This document shows, piece after piece, positions 9,731-20,262 of a DNA stretch of 64,000 bases. Position numbers and translations under genes: made by a program. The notes under the pieces are model-generated. The model did not search any database. It worked only from the letters and a program-made list of their open reading frames with translations, and had not been told where the DNA came from. Source of the stretch: Micavibrio sp. (GTDB lineage: Bacteria > Pseudomonadota > Alphaproteobacteria > Micavibrionales > Micavibrionaceae); assembly GCA_030824805.1 (NCBI GenBank), contig JAPJRC010000004.1, positions 10,355-74,354 of the forward strand. The letters are read 5' to 3'. Position 1 is the first letter of the stretch. Each line of letters opens with the position of its first letter.

Positions 9731-11026
9731 ATGAAAGCATCTCTTTGCGCGCTGGTCGCTACACTCGCGATACTGAGTGCGCCCGCCATGGCGAATGAAA
9801 AAATCCAGACTTTTGGCCCCAATCCCATACTACCGCCCCCCGACACATCGCTAATCCCAACCGTTAACATCGCCAAGGCCGTCGGCTGGCCGAAGGGAAA
9901 GACGCCACTAGCCGCCGAAGGTTTCAAGGTTAACAATTTCGCAGGCAAACTGGACCACCCGCGCTGGGTGTATGTCCTTCCCAACGGCGATGTCCTGGTG
10001 GCGGAAAGCAACAAGCCCTCGAAAAAGCCGGAAGGCGTAAAAGCCTGGGTCCAGGGCAAAGTCATGAAGCGTGCCGGTGCGGGTGTTGAAAGCGCGAACC
10101 GCATCACGCTTCTCCGTGACACAGACAAAGACGGTGTTGCAGATTTGCGCACGGCTTTCTTGCGTGACCTGCATTCACCGTTCGGCATGGCCCTTATCGG
10201 CAAGGATTTCTATGTGGCGAACACCGACGCTATCGTGAAATTCCCGTATGTCGAGGGCGAAACGGCCATCAGCGCAAAGCCCGTTAAAGTGGCCGATCTT
10301 CCCGCCAACCCGCCAAACAGCCACTGGACCAAAAGCCTGATTGCCAGCGCCGATGGCAAAAAACTGTATGTCGGCGTCGGCGCGAATAGCAACATCGCAG
10401 AGAACGGTATGGAGGCGGAAAAAAACCGCGCCGCCATTCTGGAAGTGGATATCGGGAGCGGGCAAAGCCGCGTTTATGCCTCTGGCCTTCGCAACCCCGT
10501 CGGCACAGGATGGAATCCCGTTACAGGCGAATTGTGGACGGCCGTGAACGAGCGCGACGAGCTGGGCACGGACCTTGTGCCCGATTATATGACTTCGGTA
10601 AAAGACGGCGGATTCTATGGCTGGCCGTATTCCTATTTCGGGCAGATCGTCGATGAACGTGTGGAGCCGCAAAATCCTGAACTCGTCAAAACCGCCTTGA
10701 GGCCGGATTACGCGCTGGGCGCACACACGGCCTCCCTCGGTTTGACTTTCTATGACGGAGAGATGTTTCCGGAGCGTTACAAAAACGGCGTGTTTATCGG
10801 ACAGCACGGATCATGGAACCGAAAACCCCTCAGCGGATACAAGCTACTTTTCATACCATTCAAAGACGGTAAACCGGACGGCATGCCGGAAGACATTCTT
10901 ACGGGGTTTGTCACCGAACAACAGGAAGCATGGGGCCGCCCAGTCGGCGTAGCCGTTGCCAAAGACGGCGCTGTTTTAATGGCGGACGACGTCGGCAACA
11001 TCATCTGGCGCGTCTCGAAAAAATAG
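9731..11026 (+). CDS. PQQ-dependent sugar (sorbosone/glucose) dehydrogenase, secreted
   Basis: Signal peptide MKASLCALVATLAILSAPAMA, beta-propeller soluble quinoprotein dehydrogenase blocks (DGDVLVAESNK, NPVGTGWNPVTGELWTAVNERDELG, GGFYGWPY). Confidence 0.85.
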   Translation: MKASLCALVATLAILSAPAMANEKIQTFGPNPILPPPDTSLIPTVNIAKAVGWPKGKTPLAAEGFKVNNFAGKLDHPRWVYVLPNGDVLVAESNKPSKKPEGVKAWVQGKVMKRAGAGVESANRITLLRDTDKDGVADLRTAFLRDLHSPFGMALIGKDFYVANTDAIVKFPYVEGETAISAKPVKVADLPANPPNSHWTKSLIASADGKKLYVGVGANSNIAENGMEAEKNRAAILEVDIGSGQSRVYASGLRNPVGTGWNPVTGELWTAVNERDELGTDLVPDYMTSVKDGGFYGWPYSYFGQIVDERVEPQNPELVKTALRPDYALGAHTASLGLTFYDGEMFPERYKNGVFIGQHGSWNRKPLSGYKLLFIPFKDGKPDGMPEDILTGFVTEQQEAWGRPVGVAVAKDGAVLMADDVGNIIWRVSKK

Positions 11027-11027
11027 A

Positions 11028-11222
11028 CTATCCCACCGCGCAAAACTTGTTTTTCAGGTAACCCTCGTAATAAGGATCCGTGTGACGGCCTTCATAATCG
11101 TCATCGATTTTCTGGATAATTTTCTCGCCGTCCGGTGCAAGCCGTAAAAGCAAAGCATCAAGTTTTGCTTCCACGCGATCGTCGCCTTCCTTCGATTGCG
11201 TCGATCCGACATGCAAAAGCAT
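11028..11222 (-). CDS. small hypothetical protein
   Basis: 64-aa ORF downstream of and co-oriented with the 11241..11447 gene; no homology recognised. Confidence 0.3.
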   Translation of the reverse strand: MLLHVGSTQSKEGDDRVEAKLDALLLRLAPDGEKIIQKIDDDYEGRHTDPYYEGYLKNKFCAVG

Positions 11223-11240
11223 AGCCAGTCAAGCGACCTG

Positions 11241-11447
11241 TCATATGAGTTGCAGGAATTCAGACTGCCAGTTTTCGAACGTGTCCCGCATCATTTCGAT
11301 GGTGTAACCGGAAACCTCGATGGGCTGGCTGTGTTGTGTCTGCTCATCTATATAAGCGTACCATCCAAACAGCCAGTGGCCGACGAGCGAGAGCAGGAAC
11401 AGAAATCCTGTTACCCAGACAAAGCCGTAATTCTTGAACAGCTTCAT
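11241..11447 (-). CDS. small membrane protein, unknown function
   Basis: 68 aa with one clear TM (VWVTGFLFLLSLVGHWLFGWYAY), immediately downstream of the SDR gene. Confidence 0.45.
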   Translation of the reverse strand: MKLFKNYGFVWVTGFLFLLSLVGHWLFGWYAYIDEQTQHSQPIEVSGYTIEMMRDTFENWQSEFLQLI

Positions 11448-11460
11448 GACAGGCTCCGGA

Positions 11461-12258
11461 TTATTTTGAAGCGGAGCCGGGTTCGTTCATGCCGCGCATT
11501 GTGCCGGCATTGACTTTATCGGGAAGCAACTTGCCCATAACGCCCTGCATTTTGCTTTTCATCGAATGGGCGATAACCTTGTCATCGCCGCGCATCAATG
11601 CCTCGAATCCATCGCGGGCAACATCGCCCGGATCGTCTTTCTTGCTCTGACCAATCTTGGTATCCTGCAGGCCCGCGCGCTCGAAGAAATTCGTATCCGT
11701 GGCACCGGGCATTAGCGCGGTGATGGTAATGCCGCTGTCCTTCAACTCACTGCGGATCGCTTCGGCGAAATTAAGCACAAACGCCTTGGATGCGCTGTAT
11801 ACCGCCTGAAACGGCGCCGGCGCTTCGGAGACGACCGAGGCTGTGAAAAGAATTTTACCGCTTTTACGCACGCCCATGTCATTGATCAGGCGTTTGGCAA
11901 GGTGCACCGTCGATGTCACGTTGAGTGCAATGATATCGAGTTCTGCCTGCAGGGGGTTATCGGAAAAGGCACCGCCAATGCCGATACCTGCGTTAAGAAT
12001 TGCGACATCGATGGGTTGGACATTGGATTCGATGACGGCATAAAGCTGTTCCACGCCTTCGTATTTGCGCAAATCTGTTTGCACATCGATAATGTTTACG
12101 CCTTGCGCACGTAAAACGGCGGCGGTGTTTTTGATGTTTCGATCTTCTGCCGCGACAATGAGGTCATACCCCTTTTCTGCCAGAAGTTTCGCGAACTCGA
12201 ATCCGATACCGCTCGATGCGCCGGTAACTAGTGCCAGAGGTCTTGCTGTGGTAGCCAT
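11461..12258 (-). CDS. SDR-family oxidoreductase
   Basis: TGASSGIG cofactor motif, NAG, catalytic YSASK. Confidence 0.9.
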   Translation of the reverse strand: MATTARPLALVTGASSGIGFEFAKLLAEKGYDLIVAAEDRNIKNTAAVLRAQGVNIIDVQTDLRKYEGVEQLYAVIESNVQPIDVAILNAGIGIGGAFSDNPLQAELDIIALNVTSTVHLAKRLINDMGVRKSGKILFTASVVSEAPAPFQAVYSASKAFVLNFAEAIRSELKDSGITITALMPGATDTNFFERAGLQDTKIGQSKKDDPGDVARDGFEALMRGDDKVIAHSMKSKMQGVMGKLLPDKVNAGTMRGMNEPGSASK

Positions 12259-12267
12259 TTTTTCTCC

Positions 12268-13464
12268 TTATTCCGCTGCTAGCAATGTGTCATGCGGGTG
12301 CATAACGACCTTGATGCATCCGTCTTTCTTTTCCTTGAATGTTTCATAAAGATCTGGACCATCTTCCAACCGCGCGCGGTGCGTGATGATGAAAGAAGGA
12401 TCGAACTTGTCGTTGGCAATCAGGTCCATCAGTTCGTCCATGTATTTTTGTACATGAGTCTGGCCGGAACGCATTGTCAGACCTTTGTTTACGATGCTAC
12501 CCATCGGGAATTTGTCGACATAGCCGAAATACACTCCCGGCACGGAAACGTTTCCGCCCGGACGCACACATTTTATGATGTCACGCAGTACGTGCGGGCG
12601 ATCTGTGGCCATACCCACGCCGGCTTTCGCGCGGTCCATCACAGCATCGAAACTGCCCAGACCATGCGCTTCGGCGCCCACGGCGTCGATCACGGAATCC
12701 GGACCACGACCACCGGTGATCTTGTTTAACTCGTCGTATACATCGCATTCCATGAAGTTGAAAACTTCGGCCTTGCCCATAGTGCGGGCCATTTCAAGAC
12801 GTTCCGGCACATGGTCGAACGCCACCACCTTGCCCGCGCCTTGCAGCCATGCGCTCTGGATGCACATCTGGCCGACGGGACCACAGCCCCAGACAGCGAC
12901 CGTGTCGCCCGGCTTGATATCGCAGTTTTTCGCCGCCATCCAACCTGTCGGAAAGATATCGGACAGGAAAAGAGCCCTTTCATCCGAAATGCCATCGGGC
13001 ACTTTGGTCGGGCCGAAATCCGCGTTCACGACACGCACATATTCCGCCTGCCCGCCCGCATAACCGCCAAGCAAATGTGTATAGCCGTATAAACCGGATG
13101 TGTGGTGCCCCATCAGCTTTTCCTGCTTTTCGGCATCGGGGTTGGTGTTTTCACAAAATGAGGAAAGTTTTTGCTGGCAATAAAAACATTCACCACAAGC
13201 GATCACAAAAGGAACGACCACCCGGTCGCCAACCTTGTGTTTTTTGACTTCCGATCCGACAGCCACGACTTCGCCCATGAATTCATGGCCTAGAATGTCG
13301 CCTTTTTCCATCTCAACGGCATAGGAGTCATAAAGGTGAAGGTCGGACCCGCAGATGGCGGTGCTCGTGACCTTTATGATCATATCCGTAGGTTCCTGGA
13401 TGGTTGGATCAGGAACATTGTCGCATTGCATCTTATAACGGCCATGCCAGACGAGGGCTTTCAT
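12268..13464 (-). CDS. fdhA: zinc-dependent alcohol dehydrogenase, glutathione-independent formaldehyde dehydrogenase-like
   Basis: [12 protein letters not shown], structural-zinc CxxCxxC...C block ([15 protein letters not shown]), GxGxxG NAD motif (VWGCGPVGQ); 398 aa like FdhA. Confidence 0.85.
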   Translation of the reverse strand: MKALVWHGRYKMQCDNVPDPTIQEPTDMIIKVTSTAICGSDLHLYDSYAVEMEKGDILGHEFMGEVVAVGSEVKKHKVGDRVVVPFVIACGECFYCQQKLSSFCENTNPDAEKQEKLMGHHTSGLYGYTHLLGGYAGGQAEYVRVVNADFGPTKVPDGISDERALFLSDIFPTGWMAAKNCDIKPGDTVAVWGCGPVGQMCIQSAWLQGAGKVVAFDHVPERLEMARTMGKAEVFNFMECDVYDELNKITGGRGPDSVIDAVGAEAHGLGSFDAVMDRAKAGVGMATDRPHVLRDIIKCVRPGGNVSVPGVYFGYVDKFPMGSIVNKGLTMRSGQTHVQKYMDELMDLIANDKFDPSFIITHRARLEDGPDLYETFKEKKDGCIKVVMHPHDTLLAAE

Positions 13465-13572
13465 TGGAGGTCTCCTTCATTGTATGATGAGCCTCCAACC
13501 AGATCTTCCGCTTGGGAGTTCCCTTAAAAAATCGCAACAAGCGGGGATTGATAATAAAGGCTTAACAACTGC

Positions 13573-14328
13573 ATGAAAATCGCCACATGGAACGTCAATT
13601 CGATCAAGGCGCGCACCGCCCATGTGCAACGCTGGATCGAACGCCAGCAGCCGGATATTTTGTGCCTTCAGGAATTGAAGGGGCTGGAATTTCCGGTGGA
13701 CGCATTTCCAAACCTGACCATCAAGGCTCTCGGACAAAAGGCGTATAACGGCGTTGCCGTTCTATCGCCCCATGCTTTCGAAACGGTGCTTGATAAATTG
13801 CCCGGCGACGATGCGGACGAGCAGGCGCGCTATCTTGAAATAGAAACGAACGGTGTCCGGGTCATCAATATCTATCTTCCGAACGGCAATCCGTGGCCCG
13901 GAGAAAAATTCGATTATAAACTCAAATGGATGGAACGTCTTTATCAACGCCTGTCTGAATTGCGTGCGAACGACGTGCCGTTTTTGATCACCGGAGATTT
14001 CAACGTCATACCGGAAGCGCGGGATTGCTGGGATCCCAAGGCTTGGGAGAATGACGCGCTGTTCCGTATCGAAACACGGGCCGCTTTCCGCAAACTTTTA
14101 AATCTTGGTCTAACCGATGCTTTCAGAGCATTGAATCAAAAGGATCATCAATACACATTCTGGGATTATCAGGCCGGATGCTGGCAAAAAGATTTTGGAA
14201 TTCGCATTGACCACTTCCTTCTCTCTCCGGTTGTCACCGACAGGCTGGTTTCCTGCACCATCGACAAGGAACCGCGCGGCGAAGATTCCCCGTCCGATCA
14301 CACGCCCGTTATCCTGACCATACGATGA
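13573..14328 (+). CDS. xthA: exodeoxyribonuclease III
   Basis: MKIATWNVNS...LCLQE ... C-terminal SDHTPV, ExoIII/AP-endonuclease family. Confidence 0.9.
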   Translation: MKIATWNVNSIKARTAHVQRWIERQQPDILCLQELKGLEFPVDAFPNLTIKALGQKAYNGVAVLSPHAFETVLDKLPGDDADEQARYLEIETNGVRVINIYLPNGNPWPGEKFDYKLKWMERLYQRLSELRANDVPFLITGDFNVIPEARDCWDPKAWENDALFRIETRAAFRKLLNLGLTDAFRALNQKDHQYTFWDYQAGCWQKDFGIRIDHFLLSPVVTDRLVSCTIDKEPRGEDSPSDHTPVILTIR

Positions 14329-14936
14329 AACGATTTCTGCTTTTGATCCCCCTGTTACTATGCGGCTGTGCCGACCAGCTTTACGCCGACATGCCCTCTT
14401 ACATGATAAGCAAGAACCTTCCCCCCGTCAGCATGAAAAGCTTCCCGCATTGCCAGAATTACGATTGCGCCAAGGTCAAGAAGGTCGAACTCAATCAATA
14501 TGATTGGGACCGCATTGAAAAAGAATTCGGCAAAAAGGCGAAGAGCGCCGAGCAAGAGCGTGAAAAGATTGTCAAAACCATAGGCGCATTCGAGCGCGTG
14601 GTGGGCCCGATTACAGGCACGGAGAATGACCGCGAAGGCACATTCCTCCAGACGGGGGAGGGCCAGCTCGACTGTGTGGATGAAAGCACAAACACGATGG
14701 TTTATCTTTTGCTGCTCAAGGAGGCCGGGTTGATACGCTTCCACGAGATTGAACAGCCGCAGGTGCGATACCCGCTGATTTCCGGGCGCGGATGGATGCA
14801 CCAGACCGCCGTGGTAACCGAAACAAAAACAGGCAAACAATACGCCATAGATTCCTGGTACGAGGACAATGGCCGTCCGGCCTATGCCGTACCCATGGAA
14901 GAATGGCGGAATGGCTGGCACCCCCGCCCTTTTTAG
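14325..14936 (+). CDS. lipoprotein, unknown function
   Basis: Lipobox LLLCGC at the N-terminus, 203 aa, ATGA overlap with xthA stop. Confidence 0.6.
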   Translation: MKRFLLLIPLLLCGCADQLYADMPSYMISKNLPPVSMKSFPHCQNYDCAKVKKVELNQYDWDRIEKEFGKKAKSAEQEREKIVKTIGAFERVVGPITGTENDREGTFLQTGEGQLDCVDESTNTMVYLLLLKEAGLIRFHEIEQPQVRYPLISGRGWMHQTAVVTETKTGKQYAIDSWYEDNGRPAYAVPMEEWRNGWHPRPF

Positions 14937-15022
14937 GCGTTTTACCCATGGCCAAAGCCGGATTTTCAGCCTAAACTATTCGGGACATTACTGATTCCCC
15001 CTTTCCGATCCGGATAGACACC

Positions 15023-15937
15023 ATGAAAAAATCTCTGCTCAAATCGATCGCCGCGGCAACCCTGCTCGCAGCCATTCTCGTTCCTGCCGCTTGCGCCAGC
15101 CTCGACAACGAATATGACGAGATCACCGCCGAGCGTATCGCCCGCCCCGCCTTTATGGTGGAGCGTCGCCTCGAAACCGGCGGGATGGATTTCCAGTTGT
15201 GGGAGCGCATGCACCAGGCCCACGCGCCGGCCAACCTCTATATCGAGGGCGATGGCCAGTCGACCTACCTGAACCGCAATATCAGCGAAGACCCGACGCC
15301 GGACAATCCGGTCGGCCTGCATCTTGCCAGCCGCGACAATGCAGACAATCTCGTCTATATCTCGCGTCCCTGCATGTTCCGGGAATCGCCGGACGTAGAA
15401 AAATGCTCCGACAAATTCTGGAGCACGCGCCGCTTCTCCCCAGAAGTCCTGGCCGCCTACAACGAGGCGATCGATGAGATCAAAACGCGATACGACATTT
15501 CCGAATTCAACCTGATCGGTTATGACGGTGGCGCCAACATAGCGGCGGCCGTCGCGGCTTCCCGCACGGATATCGCCAGCCTGCGCACTGTGGCCGGAAA
15601 CCTGAACCCGGATGAGGTGCTCGCCAAGACCGGACAGGAAATAGACGCCGACAGCCTGCGCGCCATACAGATAGCACCGAAGCTCGCCGAAACGCCGCAG
15701 CACCACTTTATCGGTGTGGGCGATGAAATAACGCCCGCTTCCGTATACCATTCCTACCGTCAGGCCATGGGCCCGTCCGAGTGCGTGCGCTACACCGTTG
15801 TGCAGGATGCGGACCATCAGCGCGGCTGGGTCGAGAAATGGCCGGAACTGCTGAAGTCCCCGATCGATTGCCCACCGCCCTATGTGCCGGCCCCGTTGCC
15901 GCCGCTCCCACCAAGCAAGGACGGTCCAAACAAATAG
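15023..15937 (+). CDS. alpha/beta-hydrolase-like lipoprotein, Pro-rich C-terminus
   Basis: Signal/lipobox LVPAACAS; nucleophile-elbow-like GYDGG; followed by a rho-independent terminator. Confidence 0.6.
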   Translation: MKKSLLKSIAAATLLAAILVPAACASLDNEYDEITAERIARPAFMVERRLETGGMDFQLWERMHQAHAPANLYIEGDGQSTYLNRNISEDPTPDNPVGLHLASRDNADNLVYISRPCMFRESPDVEKCSDKFWSTRRFSPEVLAAYNEAIDEIKTRYDISEFNLIGYDGGANIAAAVAASRTDIASLRTVAGNLNPDEVLAKTGQEIDADSLRAIQIAPKLAETPQHHFIGVGDEITPASVYHSYRQAMGPSECVRYTVVQDADHQRGWVEKWPELLKSPIDCPPPYVPAPLPPLPPSKDGPNK

Positions 15938-15942
15938 AACAA

Positions 15943-15966
15943 GCGGCCTTCGGGCCGCTTTTTTTA
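15943..15966 (+). terminator. rho-independent terminator
   Basis: GCGGCC-TTCG-GGCCGC hairpin followed by TTTTTTT. Confidence 0.8.
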
Positions 15967-16032
15967 TAGCCGGAACCTGTAAGCGCTGCGTCAGGTTGGC
16001 CTTATACCCACCCACACCTCAAGGAGGATATC

Positions 16033-16464
16033 ATGGCAACCAAAGTAAAAGATTTAATGGAAGCGCATACCGTAATGGTAAGCCCGATGGCAACCCTAGC
16101 CGAGGCCGCAAGAATGATGAAAGAAGAAGGATGCGGTTTTTTGCCTGTTGGCGAGGATAACAAACCGCAAGGCGTTATCACGGACCGCGACATTGTCATA
16201 CGGTGTATTGCGGACGGTCACGATCCACAAGAAATCAAGGTGCGCGATTGCATGACCGAGAGTGTTTGCGCCTGCGGCGAAAAAGAAAGCCTGGAAGAAG
16301 CCGCACAGAAAATGAACGACAATGCGGTGAGCCGTCTTGTAGTGCAAACCATGGACGGAGATATTTGCGGCGTGCTGACGTTCGGACGGATCATACGCAG
16401 CAATGACAACAAAAACCAAACCAGCGAAATCGTGCAGTGCGCGACCGGCAGAGCCGCCGCGTGA
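16033..16464 (+). CDS. CBS-domain protein
   Basis: Tandem CBS pair (VMVSPMATLAEAARMM..., GVITDRDIVIRCIADG); RBS AAGGAGG 8 nt upstream. Confidence 0.85.
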   Translation: MATKVKDLMEAHTVMVSPMATLAEAARMMKEEGCGFLPVGEDNKPQGVITDRDIVIRCIADGHDPQEIKVRDCMTESVCACGEKESLEEAAQKMNDNAVSRLVVQTMDGDICGVLTFGRIIRSNDNKNQTSEIVQCATGRAAA

Positions 16465-16488
16465 ATCGTGGTTAACGGCGTTTAAAAA

Positions 16489-16518
16489 GGCGGCCCTTCG
16501 GGGCCGTTATTTTTTTAC
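16489..16518 (+). terminator. rho-independent terminator
   Basis: GGCGGCCC-TTCG-GGGCCG hairpin then TTATTTTTTT. Confidence 0.75.
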
Positions 16519-16588
16519 AGACCGGCCTTTGCACCAAAGGAATGGTTTCCTGCGCAGAGCCGTATATACTGTATACAAGGATGCCGGC

Positions 16589-17143
16589 ATGACCCGATTG
16601 TTTTCATTTTTCCTGTTTTTGATGCTCGTGGCTCCGCATGCCCATGCGGCGGAGGCCTATGCGGTGGCGAAGGTAAATCTGCGCGCGGGACCCGATGGTG
16701 GGTATCCGGTAGTGGATATACTGAAATCCGGAGAACGGGTTGAACTTCTCGGCTGCCTCGACGGACACCAATGGTGCGAGGTGGAAACAAACAATGGCGA
16801 GCACGGATGGGTCTATGCCCATTATCTCGGAACAAGCTACCAAGGCAACAGCCTTACCATCATCCAGCGCAACGGGGACGGCCTGAAGATCATCACCTTC
16901 AACCCACGCAATTACTGGAGCCAGTATTACCGCACAAAATATTTCTACAAGGATCGCGACCGCTGGCTCCCGCCGCACCATCACCACGACGATGATGATG
17001 ACGACCATGGGCACCACCCGCCTGTAGAACCACGCCCGCCAAAGCCGGTGAAAGAACCGGAACCGCCGAAATACAAGCCGATGGAAATGCCTTCGCGCAA
17101 ATCCTACAACCCGCTGTGCCCGATGGGCCAGACGGATTGCTAA
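16589..17143 (+). CDS. bacterial SH3-domain protein with His/Asp-rich tract, secreted
   Basis: Signal peptide MTRLFSFFLFLMLVAPHAHA, SH3b-like core (AKVNLRAGPDGGYPVVDILKSGERVELLGC...WCEVE), HHHHDDDDDDHGHH and a Pro/Lys-rich tail; the longer ORF start at 16403 lies upstream of a terminator and is rejected. Confidence 0.75.
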   Translation: MTRLFSFFLFLMLVAPHAHAAEAYAVAKVNLRAGPDGGYPVVDILKSGERVELLGCLDGHQWCEVETNNGEHGWVYAHYLGTSYQGNSLTIIQRNGDGLKIITFNPRNYWSQYYRTKYFYKDRDRWLPPHHHHDDDDDDHGHHPPVEPRPPKPVKEPEPPKYKPMEMPSRKSYNPLCPMGQTDC

Positions 17144-17177
17144 GCGACAAGCCGCCATAAATATTGTATAAGGCCGC

Positions 17178-18320
17178 ATGGGCGACATTGGAAACTTTAT
17201 AGATGCATACACACAAAGTGCCGGAAACGGCACTTTCGTGCGTTTGAATTTGAATGATTACAAAGGCGCCGAAACCGATTTGAAGAAGATCACAGTGCGC
17301 AAGGTTATCATCAAGCGCGCGGAGAAATTTTCATTCACCTATACCTATAAAACACGCGATATAACGAAGAATTACGATCTCGCCGAAGCATCGGATATTC
17401 TCTCAAGCTATCTTAACAATGGATTCAAAGCGGGAACGTTGCTGACCACCGCGTTTGATCTATCCTATCCATCGCTGAAAAAATCGAAAGCCAGCCAGAC
17501 GGAAACCCCTGCGGCCGATCATGACGTGGCGAAAAAACGCCTCGTGGCGACGGAAGGAAAATCCTATCTCCATCTTCTGGGCATAACGGACCAGAAAGGC
17601 GGCGTGCTCAAAAACGCACAGGACAAATACCGCCAGATCGACAAATATATCGAGATTGTCGGCGGGCTCGTAAAAGACATGCCCGAGGGCCGTATCAGGA
17701 ATATCGTCGATATGGGATCGGGTAAAGGATATCTCACCTTTGCGTTGCATGATTATTTAAACGGCCAAGACATAAGGACAAACACCAAGGGCGTTGAATA
17801 CCGCAAGGACCTTGTCGATCTGTGCAACGACATAGCAAACAAATCAAACATGGATACACTGTCTTTCGTGCAAGGCACGATCGAGGCGTTCGATGCCACG
17901 GACACAGATCTGCTCATCGCGCTGCATGCATGCGATACGGCAACCGACGATGCCATCGCCAAAGGCATAAAGGCTGGATCGTCTTTGATCGTTGTCGCGC
18001 CGTGCTGTCACAAACAGATCCGCCGCGAAATGGAGGCCGGAAAAAAGAAAAACGATCTGGAATTCATGACAAAGTACGGCACGCTGCTGGAGCGTCAGGC
18101 GGAAATGGCGACGGATGCGATGCGCGGCCTTCTCCTCGAAAACGCCGGATACACGGTAAAACTGTTCGAATTCATATCGGACGCCCACACGCCGAAAAAC
18201 GTTATGATTGTGGCCAAAAAGACCGGAAAACCCAGAAAAGATGCGCTTTCCGAATTCAAAGCCGCAAAAGAATATCTTGGCGTTGCCCGCCATCATCTTG
18301 AAACATCGCTCGGTCTCTAA
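17178..18320 (+). CDS. class I SAM-dependent methyltransferase
   Basis: Motif I VDMGSGKGYLTFAL, 380 aa. Confidence 0.7.
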   Translation: MGDIGNFIDAYTQSAGNGTFVRLNLNDYKGAETDLKKITVRKVIIKRAEKFSFTYTYKTRDITKNYDLAEASDILSSYLNNGFKAGTLLTTAFDLSYPSLKKSKASQTETPAADHDVAKKRLVATEGKSYLHLLGITDQKGGVLKNAQDKYRQIDKYIEIVGGLVKDMPEGRIRNIVDMGSGKGYLTFALHDYLNGQDIRTNTKGVEYRKDLVDLCNDIANKSNMDTLSFVQGTIEAFDATDTDLLIALHACDTATDDAIAKGIKAGSSLIVVAPCCHKQIRREMEAGKKKNDLEFMTKYGTLLERQAEMATDAMRGLLLENAGYTVKLFEFISDAHTPKNVMIVAKKTGKPRKDALSEFKAAKEYLGVARHHLETSLGL

Positions 18321-18397
18321 AAGCGGTTAAAAAACCGTAAAGATTGGCCGCAAGCCGATTTGAGAATTCCTTCACCAAATTTGTATACTTTAAAGGC

Positions 18398-19456
18398 ATG
18401 GGACAACCGGATTTCAAGGCATTCCAGGAATTCATGCGCGCCGAAGGCAACGGCAGCGCCCTCACCATCGTGCGCAGAAACAACAACGCCGAACCCGGTA
18501 AAAATTACGTTCATCTCGATCTTGCGGCGTATTCCACAACCAGCGCCACGGACCAGACGCGCATACGCAATACTGTGGGCGAACATTTGCGCACTGCGGG
18601 CGCATCTCAGGACGTGATAATCCAATACAATGATTTCATGGATATGGCGGCAAGAGAACCGGTGCTCGCAGCGTCTGGCGGCGGCGGTTTGTTCGCACGT
18701 GGTCTTGTGATGACAGATGGCCGCTCGATTAGCCAGTCCGCCGAAGTGGAAGACGTCTTGCAAAGAGATGTCACCGCAAATATGGGACGTCACGATGAAT
18801 TCGCAAGGGAGAAAGTGCGCCGCCATGAAATCGCGCACGCTACACTAGACCTTGAAGAACCGGGATCGGATTTTGTCGCGGCGGCGACCATGCTGCGCGA
18901 CCATCCGGAATCGCGTGCCATGTGGCGCAACGAGGCGGACCTGCGTCTTGTGTATGGTCTTCAGCGCGGCGTGCCCGCGCTTTCCGATTACGGAGTGGAA
19001 TGCCACGACGCTATAGAACGCGCGCTCGCCATGACTCCGGCCCAATTGAAATCCGCTTCTCTTCAAACATTGCACGCCATCGGCGCGGAATACGACCAGC
19101 GGAACGCGCTCAACAGATCGCTCGGCGCGGCCTCACCCGAAGGGCGTGTGCTCGCAACCATCTCGTCGGCGACCGGCCACGGGATGTACGACCGTTCGTT
19201 AAGAAGTCAGTGGGAAGTTGCAGCCCGCGGCGACAGCCCCGAACCCAACACAGCACTGGAAGGCATGCGCCTCAATGCCTCGACAACGGATGCCATGCTA
19301 CGCGCGCTGGAGCGATCTCCACCGACAAACCCTGAGGAAAAACGGATTTCGGAAGCGTTCAGCCAATCGGTCGCGCGTTTAAGCCAGTATGCAACACCTG
19401 AAACGCCTGCCCCGGCAAGCACACCGGCACCGCGACAGCCTGAATTCGTGCAATAA
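18398..19456 (+). CDS. hypothetical protein with HExxH motif
   Basis: Long ORF (the track starts it at 18344; the alternative ATG at 18398 was chosen by position only and no upstream RBS was inspected); contains RHEIAHA (HExxH); no other recognisable domain. Confidence 0.5.
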   Translation: MGQPDFKAFQEFMRAEGNGSALTIVRRNNNAEPGKNYVHLDLAAYSTTSATDQTRIRNTVGEHLRTAGASQDVIIQYNDFMDMAAREPVLAASGGGGLFARGLVMTDGRSISQSAEVEDVLQRDVTANMGRHDEFAREKVRRHEIAHATLDLEEPGSDFVAAATMLRDHPESRAMWRNEADLRLVYGLQRGVPALSDYGVECHDAIERALAMTPAQLKSASLQTLHAIGAEYDQRNALNRSLGAASPEGRVLATISSATGHGMYDRSLRSQWEVAARGDSPEPNTALEGMRLNASTTDAMLRALERSPPTNPEEKRISEAFSQSVARLSQYATPETPAPASTPAPRQPEFVQ

Positions 19457-19468
19457 TTTTCTGGAGAA

Positions 19469-19543
<75 letters not shown>

Positions 19544-19603
19544 AGGCCGATAAGATGCGGGCGAACCTACAATAAAAAATCCGGCCTGTCATCCCCGAAA
19601 ATC

Positions 19604-19631
19604 TTTAAAAAAACAGGGCCCTGAGGCCCTG
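19604..19631 (-). terminator. rho-independent terminator of the OMP gene
   Basis: CAGGGCC-TCA-GGCCCTG hairpin followed by a T-run on the minus strand. Confidence 0.75.
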
Positions 19632-19653
19632 CTTCCGTATTATTTCCAGTATC

Positions 19654-20262
19654 TTAGAAGTGGTAGGCCACACCGAGGCGCAGATTGTCTTCGTCGGGGT
19701 CGACACCGTTTTTGTCTTCATACCAGACGTGGCTGTAATCGAGACGAACGCCGAAATCACTGAACGCCATGAGCTCGGTTCCAAGACCCAGTTCAAAACC
19801 GTCGTGCCATTCGGATTCACCGCCGGCTTCGAATTCGGCGCTGCGGTAACCGATGATACCGTATGGTTTAAAGCCGAATGTATAGTCATCGACAAAGGAC
19901 AGGCCGGGACGGAAGTTGATACCCCATTCATTGTCTTTTTCTATGCCGCCGTCATCCTGATCGGACCAGCCGTAAAAGCCTTCCAGCGAACCGTTGATGC
20001 CAAGGCCGATCGTGCTGTCGAGGAGCGTGTCCAGCGAATAGCCGGCAAAAACACCGTAATCCGCGCCATCCAGATCCGCGCTGCCGCCACCGTCAAAATC
20101 GGCATCCGTCCAGCTGTAGCCGCCGTAACCACCAACATAGACGCCGGAGAGCGGGCTGATCTTGCCTTCTTCCTTGTATGTGGCTTGCTGTTCATATTGT
20201 GCTTGGGCCGTGCCGGTCAGCGCGATCAGGGCTGCAGCGGTCAAAAGGGCGTATTTCTTCAT
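19654..20262 (-). CDS. outer-membrane beta-barrel protein (OmpA-like/porin family)
   Basis: Signal peptide [21 protein letters not shown], alternating beta-strand pattern, C-terminal aromatic (..VAYHF). Confidence 0.8.
   Translation of the reverse strand: MKKYALLTAAALIALTGTAQAQYEQQATYKEEGKISPLSGVYVGGYGGYSWTDADFDGGGSADLDGADYGVFAGYSLDTLLDSTIGLGINGSLEGFYGWSDQDDGGIEKDNEWGINFRPGLSFVDDYTFGFKPYGIIGYRSAEFEAGGESEWHDGFELGLGTELMAFSDFGVRLDYSHVWYEDKNGVDPDEDNLRLGVAYHF

Noticed and set aside
14966-16015. 349-aa minus-strand ORF antisense to the alpha/beta-hydrolase lipoprotein gene
   Set aside because: High-GC shadow ORF with Arg/Gly-rich junk composition, fully overlapping a plus-strand gene that has a signal peptide and terminator
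16403-17143. Long 246-aa ORF extending the SH3 gene upstream into the CBS gene end
   Set aside because: The extension runs across the CBS gene terminator hairpin and T-tract; a good RBS and ATG at 16589 precede a canonical signal peptide, so the short form is called
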